Below, in pieces: positions 57,672 to 64,000 of a stretch of 64,000 nt of DNA. Source of the stretch: Leptospiraceae bacterium. GTDB taxonomy: Bacteria > Spirochaetota > Leptospiria > Leptospirales > Leptonemataceae. Numbering within the stretch: position 1 is the first letter of the stretch; each line of letters begins with the position of its first letter. The stretch covers positions 512,001 through 576,000 of the forward strand of contig JAVJNR010000005.1 in assembly GCA_040217195.1 (NCBI GenBank), in the 5' to 3' direction. Below the pieces are notes generated by a model. It was not told the origin of the DNA. It did not search any database and was given only the letters and a program-made list of their open reading frames with translations. The translations under genes and the position numbers were made by a program.

Positions 57672-58655
57672 CTATCTAGCGCCTCTACCTTTCTGGCTGG
57701 CCAGATATACATGTTTTCGAGCACGCATCACATCCCCCAGGGGTCGATGCTCGAATAATGCCTGCCAGGGGTCGAAGATTGCATTTTCAATGGTTTCCTG
57801 AATGGCCTCCAGCTCCTCCCCGGACTGGGCCGGAATGCTCAGCCGGCCCACAGTAACATAAGGTGCCTGTTTTTCCTTCCAGTCTACGGAAGCGTCTTCA
57901 ATGGGAGTATGCTTTTCATCGGTAAAGAATTGTAACTGAAGATCCATGTGGATGGGCCCGGCTTTCAGACGGTTCCTTATTTCATCACTCAGATCCATTG
58001 GTTTGGATGCACCTCTCTTTAGCCCAGGATCTGGAAGTAGACGGACTCGCACTGCATAGGGACCGCATGCAATGGGAGCTGCAGAAAAGAACCGTTCGGT
58101 AACGAATCCGGAGAATCGGCGATTTACGGAAGCGCCCAGTTTCTTCATTCGCATGAGTCCGCCCAGAAAGCCATAGGTGGATATCATATGCTTTAGCAAC
58201 GGTGCCGTTCCCTGAGCAGCCGCCTGGACCATCTGGACGAATTGTTCGCTTTTCGGAGAGGAAAAAGAAGGCAAATTGATTAACAGAAAATCCTGACAGT
58301 CCGTATTAATGCCCAGGGCCCCCGGACCATCCAGCCCGCGTACTTTGATCGCGAATCCACGGACATCACCTATATTATCTGGCTGAACATTTAAACTACC
58401 ATTGGAAAGTCGAATCCAGGCATCATGAAGTCCTGGAAAAGCGAAAAGACCGTGGCGAGCATGCTCGGGAATATCTCCCAGTACTTCCAGGGTTGCATTG
58501 AAGCCCAGAATCTGCTTTCGGTGCAGAGCCCGGCCCGGACCGAATTGCCTGGATTTCAGTTTTTGGAGTAAACCGAATTGTTTTGAGTATTTCTTAAACC
58601 TTTCTTCTTCATCGTCCGCTATTTCTTCTTTCCAGTCTGTTGAGGGTTGTTTCAT
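57672..58655 (-). CDS. Small catalase-like heme protein
   Basis: RALHRK distal His, WIRLSN, DVRGFAIK, QDFLLIN, HRPLG and RKHVY proximal Tyr. Confidence 0.82.
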   Translation of the reverse strand: MKQPSTDWKEEIADDEEERFKKYSKQFGLLQKLKSRQFGPGRALHRKQILGFNATLEVLGDIPEHARHGLFAFPGLHDAWIRLSNGSLNVQPDNIGDVRGFAIKVRGLDGPGALGINTDCQDFLLINLPSFSSPKSEQFVQMVQAAAQGTAPLLKHMISTYGFLGGLMRMKKLGASVNRRFSGFVTERFFSAAPIACGPYAVRVRLLPDPGLKRGASKPMDLSDEIRNRLKAGPIHMDLQLQFFTDEKHTPIEDASVDWKEKQAPYVTVGRLSIPAQSGEELEAIQETIENAIFDPWQALFEHRPLGDVMRARKHVYLASQKGRGAR

Positions 58656-59014
58656 CTAATCAGCCGATCCGGTGTATATTGTTTCAATTTCTATGTACTG
58701 CCTCTGGCCGGAATACTCCGCGAGGCATATCTCGGTCCGAAAGCAGTGACTAACCGTATCCCTGGGTACAATCCTGTAAAGTTAAACATGCCCTCTGAAA
58801 CCAACGTTAATTGCTGCCCTGCAATACCGTCTGCCAAGCCAATAGCCTGTTGCCCGGCAGTTCCTACGATCACTCCCATGTTGCGGGACGAACCTTGTGC
58901 TTTATTAGCCTGCCGGCCGATACGGTGGTTCTACCCTGCTCGCTGATAGTGACCATTCTTGCAGATTCGTAAAGAGGAAGAAGAATCCGAATAATCAGAT
59001 GGAACGGATACCTG

Positions 59015-59413
59015 CTAGTCCGAGCCCCAGGGGACCAGAGGTATGATAAAACCGGCCCAATCCGGAGGTCCGGCCAGATTTCCTCCTTCGGGAAAAGGAT
59101 CATGAATGGGTTCAAAGCCAGGTCCAGATGTCTGCGCCACGATGATGTGACGATGACTCCCTCTTGGACTTGGACCGGCCACCAGGCAGTAGATTCCGCT
59201 GGCAGAAGCAAATTCCAGTTGCCCGGAATGGAGCTTCACTTTGAGAAATGCAAGCCCACGAGGGTGAAGAAATTCATTAATTGCCACCAGGTAGTCCGGA
59301 AAATCAATGAAGTTGGGCACCGATTCCAATTCCAGGTTCAGAAGCGAAGCAATGCAGGCCTGCAATGCATTCCCCTTACCGTCCTCCCAGTGAGATTGCC
59401 AGACTGGATTCAT
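59015..59413 (-). CDS. Hypothetical protein with a papain/C39-like motif arrangement
   Basis: GNALQACIASLL..VPNF, G.SPRG..H.IV and HDP motifs; GGAGG RBS. Confidence 0.6.
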   Translation of the reverse strand: MNPVWQSHWEDGKGNALQACIASLLNLELESVPNFIDFPDYLVAINEFLHPRGLAFLKVKLHSGQLEFASASGIYCLVAGPSPRGSHRHIIVAQTSGPGFEPIHDPFPEGGNLAGPPDWAGFIIPLVPWGSD

Positions 59414-59626
59414 ATATTGCCTCCGGAAAACATCAGACCCTGGCTATTCTGGCCCTCTGTTGCCTGGTCCAGATGAAAATCCTGAACGTGCAGTCCAGGG
59501 GCTAATGCCCACAATATGTGTCAAAGAATACGCGATGCGAAAGAAGGCAATTATACCGGGACTTTCATACATCCAATGTTGAGATGCTTTTGTAGACGCA
59601 GAAATGCCAGTTTTTACAATTAATCC

Positions 59627-60739
59627 ATGAAGTGGTCCCTATTCGTCGGAAGACCTTTTGGAATTCGGGTATATCTGCATTGGACCTTTCTCATTCTGCT
59701 CGGTTGGGTTGTTGCTTCTCAGCTTGGACAACCTCTGTGGGATTTGATGGGCATCCTGCTTTTCATTGTAACCCTGTTTCTCTCGGTCCTGCTCCATGAG
59801 CTGGGCCATGCTCTGGTAGCGCGAAAATTTAAAGTCCGAACCAGAGATATTATCCTGCTTCCCATCGGTGGAATGGCCCGGCTTCGCAAAATGCCAGAAG
59901 AGCCCAGAGCTGAATTCATGATTGCTCTGGCAGGTCCTGCTGTGAATGCAATCATCGCTATAGCACTATACCTTACTCTTGTAGCCCTGGGTAGTATTCC
60001 GGCCATTCCGGAAAAACTCACACTTCTAGAAGGGCCCCATGCATTGTTGAAGAATCTGTTCTGGGCCAATACTCTTCTGGCTGGCTTCAATTTGATCCCC
60101 GCATTTCCCATGGATGGAGGAAGAGTACTGCGCGGACTGCTGGGCTTTCGCATGAGTCATGAGAAGGCCACCACCATTACAGCAGAGATTGGACAGGCTC
60201 TGGGAATTGTATTTGTAATACTTGGATTTATCTACAGTCTGGGGCTTCTATTTGTGGGAATCTTTGTTTTTCTGGGCGCTTCAGCAGAATCCTCATCGGA
60301 ACAGATTCGCAGTTCGCTTCGCTCCTATACAGTATCCAACATATTGATCAAACACTTCACGGCTCTTCGTCCTGAGCAGAGCATTATGGATGCCGTGGAG
60401 CAACTTCTGTCTGGACAGGAATCTGAATTTCTTGTTATGGAAGACAAAACGGTAGTGGGCGTACTTACGAAAAAAGAGATATTCAACGGTCTGGGCTCCC
60501 ATGGAAACCAGGTTTCCATAAGGAAAATCATGACCACTCATTTTCCTCATCTTCGCATGGATGCTACGCTGGAAGATGCGCTGCGCTCTCTACAGGAAAG
60601 CAAGGCATCCATTGCGCCGGTTTATCGAGGACGAAAACTGGTAGGCATCCTGGACAGGGAAAACATCGAAGAATTACTTACACTGAATAAGGCCATGCGT
60701 CAATACCTGGACTCTCCAATCAGAGATTCAAACCCATGA
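59627..60739 (+). CDS. Site-2 protease (M50) with C-terminal CBS pair
   Basis: HELGH, LLPIGG, AGPAVN and NLIPAFPMDGGR motifs; two CBS repeats. Confidence 0.93.
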   Translation: MKWSLFVGRPFGIRVYLHWTFLILLGWVVASQLGQPLWDLMGILLFIVTLFLSVLLHELGHALVARKFKVRTRDIILLPIGGMARLRKMPEEPRAEFMIALAGPAVNAIIAIALYLTLVALGSIPAIPEKLTLLEGPHALLKNLFWANTLLAGFNLIPAFPMDGGRVLRGLLGFRMSHEKATTITAEIGQALGIVFVILGFIYSLGLLFVGIFVFLGASAESSSEQIRSSLRSYTVSNILIKHFTALRPEQSIMDAVEQLLSGQESEFLVMEDKTVVGVLTKKEIFNGLGSHGNQVSIRKIMTTHFPHLRMDATLEDALRSLQESKASIAPVYRGRKLVGILDRENIEELLTLNKAMRQYLDSPIRDSNP

Positions 60740-61017
60740 AAGAATTCGCCAATCCGTCTGGAAACAGGGCTCCTGGTCAAAGTAAATCTACCTTCTGGAT
60801 CATTGGCGCTCTTGTTACGCTACTGGCCATTGCGCCTGTGGGGCAGGAACCGCATCTATGGCAAAAGTTAATACTACTCTGGCATGGCTGGCTTAAGACT
60901 CTTCTGGACTGGTTTGACCTGGCTATCCATGGCTTGCCGCTAATTTCTTTTATTGGTTATGCTATCTATGGAAAGCTTCGAAAGGAGTCCCGGAATAAAA
61001 CAAGCACCGACTTTTAA
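60736..61017 (+). CDS. Small 2-TM hypothetical protein
   Basis: ATGA overlap with the M50 gene; EPHLWQKL...DWFDL..HG motif. Confidence 0.7.
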   Translation: MKEFANPSGNRAPGQSKSTFWIIGALVTLLAIAPVGQEPHLWQKLILLWHGWLKTLLDWFDLAIHGLPLISFIGYAIYGKLRKESRNKTSTDF

Positions 61018-61537
61018 GTCTGGTCATCGTAGCTACGTCTGTTAGTATACTCCAGGCTAATCTGAGAAGAACGTCGCCCCAATTGGCCCACCAATCCCGA
61101 AACAACGTCTTCCCATCGCTAGAAAAAGGTATAAGAATCCTCCGCCTTTGCGAATCCCGCGGAGGTTGGCCTGGCTAGACCATAAGGTCCAGTAAATCGG
61201 AATAGAGCCGCTGGCTATTGGCCCCATTTAATAGCTGAATCTCCTCATCTGTGAGAGAGGCCCGTGCCCAGCAATCCAGGGAGATAGTGAAATAGAAGAG
61301 ATGCATTTTCTTAACCTGTGCCCTATGGCTCTCTGCTTTCGGAGCACACAGAAGGCTACCCGGCAATGGGAATCCTTGACGGCTCTTTAATCATTGGACG
61401 GATAAAATGTGTTTCAGGTAAAAACTTTCCTCCAATGCCGGAGATCTGTTTTACTCCCTGGACCTTAGAAATAGCGGCCGGAGGGCCGATAATATCCTTC
61501 GACGCCTCTAAAGCGAACTCTGAATCAGGAATCGAAA

Positions 61538-62683
61538 ATGCATAGAACTGGCATCCTGCTAATTTCCGCTCTACTACTCACCTGCCAGCAAAACACCAGC
61601 CAGGTCGAAAAACAAAACCCTGAAGAACTGGAACGATCGGAATGGCATGATCGGGCCCTGTTTCTGGCCGGACTTCCCACATCTCAGAAATTCCAGAAGA
61701 GACCGGAGATTGCCAGAATTCTGAAGCTTCCGCACTATGAAGATCATCGCAGGCAGATGAATGCGTTCTGGTCCACTGTAGATCGCCAGAGGGTAAAGCC
61801 CATGACTGCCTGGTGGAGATCCGAGCTATCTCCTCGGATGGATGGTGTAAAAACCAGAACAGCTCTTTATCCCCTCAGTGGAGGCGATCTACTGAACTTT
61901 AAATTGATGTACCCGGATGCAAAGAAATATGTAATGATAGCCATGGAGAAGCCGGGCAGCATGCCGGACCCCACTTCCATGACCGATCCTCAGCTGCAGG
62001 AAGGATTGTACTCTGTGCGAAAGATGCTGGGAAACATTGCTCTTACAGGTTACTTCTTTTCCAGGTGGATGAACTGGTACATGAATCCAGAAAAATATGG
62101 GTTCTTTGGAACACTTCCCACAGTTTCTGTATTTCTTGTTCGCCTGGGTCATGAAATACGAACCGTGGACGAAACTTGCGTCAATGAAGCCGGAAAACTT
62201 GTATTTGAAAACACTACTCCCTGCTATCTACCAGGATACAGAATTACATTTCGCGACGGCAATACCGATGAGCAAAAGGAACTCTACTACCACTCCACGC
62301 GAATTGACAATGCTTTATTCTCTGAAAGCACAGCCAGGGGCAAATACATTCAAAGTCTGGGAAAAGTAGCTGTGATGATGAAAGCAGCAGTGTATCTTTT
62401 TCACAGACAGGCACATGCTGCAGGTGCTCAGTATCTTATGGAGAATTCTGAGGTAATCGTTCAAGATGATTCCGGCATTCCCTACCGATATTTCTCTGCT
62501 TCTAACTGGGACATCACCCTTTACGGTACCTATCGCTACCCGCTTCCGGGGATGGGAGTATACCCTCAACAGGATCTGATTCGAGCATACAATGCAGGCA
62601 GTGAGCATCTACCATTTGCCTTCGGCTATGGTCCAAAAACCGCAGCCCGGGCATCTGGACTGATGGTGGCCTTCAGTAATTAA
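61538..62683 (+). CDS. Conserved hypothetical lipoprotein
   Basis: Lipobox LLTC; YPLSGGD, KAAVYL.H, QDDSGIP and LPFAFGY motifs. Confidence 0.75.
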   Translation: MHRTGILLISALLLTCQQNTSQVEKQNPEELERSEWHDRALFLAGLPTSQKFQKRPEIARILKLPHYEDHRRQMNAFWSTVDRQRVKPMTAWWRSELSPRMDGVKTRTALYPLSGGDLLNFKLMYPDAKKYVMIAMEKPGSMPDPTSMTDPQLQEGLYSVRKMLGNIALTGYFFSRWMNWYMNPEKYGFFGTLPTVSVFLVRLGHEIRTVDETCVNEAGKLVFENTTPCYLPGYRITFRDGNTDEQKELYYHSTRIDNALFSESTARGKYIQSLGKVAVMMKAAVYLFHRQAHAAGAQYLMENSEVIVQDDSGIPYRYFSASNWDITLYGTYRYPLPGMGVYPQQDLIRAYNAGSEHLPFAFGYGPKTAARASGLMVAFSN

Positions 62684-62723
62684 AAGCCCGAGCCAACCTG
62701 GAGGATCAAACCAGGGCGCCTTC

Positions 62724-63104
62724 CTAATTCTGGAACGCTGTAGCGCGGCCGGATTGGCTTTCCAGGGCTAATAGGCGCTTTTCCAATTTCAGTATACGCG
62801 CTTCCAGTTCCTGGATTTGCTTCTGCGCTGCCCGGGCTTCCTGTAATCCCTTGATCTGCACCTTTCCGTCACGAACAATCAATTCATCACCTACAGTAAG
62901 TGGGCCCTTTATATAGACCATACCGTCCGCAGCTACTATCAGACTTGCACGGGCACCTATATGAACATCCCCGGACGGACTCACTTCCAGAACCATACCG
63001 TCGGTCATTCGAGTAGCTGAATATTCAGGACTGGCTGATGATGCATCGTCGCAGCCAGTCATAAATACTGGAATCAGAATTATCAAAACGGATAGTAGTT
63101 TCAT
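62724..63104 (-). CDS. Hypothetical lipoprotein with beta-repeat and C-terminal coiled coil
   Basis: AGGAGA RBS, MKLLSVLIILIPVFMTGC lipobox, repeated DG.V.I.G and a heptad tail. Confidence 0.7.
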   Translation of the reverse strand: MKLLSVLIILIPVFMTGCDDASSASPEYSATRMTDGMVLEVSPSGDVHIGARASLIVAADGMVYIKGPLTVGDELIVRDGKVQIKGLQEARAAQKQIQELEARILKLEKRLLALESQSGRATAFQN

Positions 63105-63144
63105 TGTTTCTCCTTTGTTTGCCCTTTGTTTCGCATCTGGATAT

Positions 63145-63999
63145 TTATTCGGTTTCCTGAATCGAAATGGAACCAAAGGGTGCGCGTATGCGAAGAGGCC
63201 GATTGGGAATCTGCAACTCCTTCATACTATAATGGCCCGGAACCACATTGATTTCTCCGCCATGCTCCACATTGTCTAGCGCATCCTGCATACTTTTAAA
63301 GGGAGCCTCTATACCACCTGTGGATGGCTGTTGCATTGGACCGATGGAATCCAGGTATATTGTTGGACTTCCATTGGCATTGTTCAGCGCTTTCAGAAAT
63401 CCAGGATTCAAAACCGATGTGGCGATGTTGGGGCAACCTCCTCCCCGATGCGTACCGTAGGCATACAAGCTTCCGGAGCTCTCTTGATAGAGCGGAGATC
63501 CGGAGCTTCCCATGTGAGTATCCGCATAATGTATCAAATATCCAGGGCTGTTATGAGCTGTGGCAACACTGCTTTGCATGGTTCGATTTCGTTTTTTGCA
63601 GCCATCGAAGGTGCGTAATTCAACGCCAAAGCCTGTATTCTTTAGACTCTTTGACTCCTTTGCATCGATTCTATGGTTACTGAGTCTGAAGAAATTTCCT
63701 TCTATGAAATAAGAGGGCATCCCCTGAGCATTTGGCTGGATGCGAAATATAGCCCAATCCTGGGTAGTCGGCAGATCGACTTTCAATTTCAGGGATTCCT
63801 GTAGTATCTGAAATCTGTCAGAGTCAGCGGGCAGCTGAATCTCACCTTTGCAGCTGGAGGCCGGAACCTGAAATTGCACTTCATCGAATCTATAGTACCC
63901 CGATGCACAATGTCCGGCGGTGACCAGCCATCCGTTGGGAGCAATCCAGGCAGTGCAGATAGCTTCTTCTCTTTCATTGAAATATAGGCGACCGACTGG
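63145..63999 (-). CDS. Trypsin-like (S1) serine protease with a DUF1565-like C-terminal module; N-terminus outside the window
   Basis: The frame is open to the edge: WLVTAGHC (His), QDWAIF (Asp) and GSSGSP (Ser); tail APFKSMQDAL...PGHY. Confidence 0.85.
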   Translation of the reverse strand, partial: PVGRLYFNEREEAICTAWIAPNGWLVTAGHCASGYYRFDEVQFQVPASSCKGEIQLPADSDRFQILQESLKLKVDLPTTQDWAIFRIQPNAQGMPSYFIEGNFFRLSNHRIDAKESKSLKNTGFGVELRTFDGCKKRNRTMQSSVATAHNSPGYLIHYADTHMGSSGSPLYQESSGSLYAYGTHRGGGCPNIATSVLNPGFLKALNNANGSPTIYLDSIGPMQQPSTGGIEAPFKSMQDALDNVEHGGEINVVPGHYSMKELQIPNRPLRIRAPFGSISIQETE

Positions 64000-64000
64000 A

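Noticed and set aside
58647..59014. Short ORFs between the catalase-like gene and 59015
   Set aside because: No convincing RBS or motif and mutually overlapping frames; treated as intergenic.
61175..61366. Possible amidohydrolase C-terminal remnant (LTDEEIQLLNGANSQRLY)
   Set aside because: Only one short motif-like stretch with no upstream domain in frame; too weak to call a pseudogene.

Overview
A 64-kb, roughly 50% GC bacterial chromosomal segment. It most likely comes from a free-living member of the Leptospiraceae (inferred from a Leptospira-type multi-TM sensor N-terminus, LA_2272-like repeats, an SH3 lipoprotein, many lipoprotein signals and a TIGR04388-like giant protein). I recognised no rRNA, tRNA, transposase, integrase, prophage or CRISPR-Cas. 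Two large loci dominate. (1) 4791-22213: a translationally coupled minus-strand operon encoding a complete mycobacterial/fungal-type fatty acid synthase I (AT-ER-DH-MPT-ACP-KR-KS), an AcpS phosphopantetheinyl transferase and a 1941-aa single-chain acyl-CoA carboxylase with an apparent extra degenerate CT lobe. An AraC regulator lies upstream and a 21-bp-period direct repeat sits in the fas promoter region. (2) 22312-40220: three small exported/lipoprotein genes, a 5035-aa secreted alpha-helical protein with an acidic stalk and a basic, Gly-rich hydrophobic tip, and an overlapping 2-TM gene, which together form a candidate giant polymorphic toxin/immunity system. The rest includes an extracellular mcl-PHA depolymerase, a 65-bp palindromic tandem repeat, a MerR/DJ-1 pair with an NmlR/AdhR-like operator, oxyR and ahpCF, a divergent LpxC-like protein, a split PPK2 pair, folM-like/folK, a PAS histidine kinase, a small catalase-like protein, an M50 protease and a truncated trypsin-like protease. 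All family assignments come from motif recognition by eye, not from database searches.
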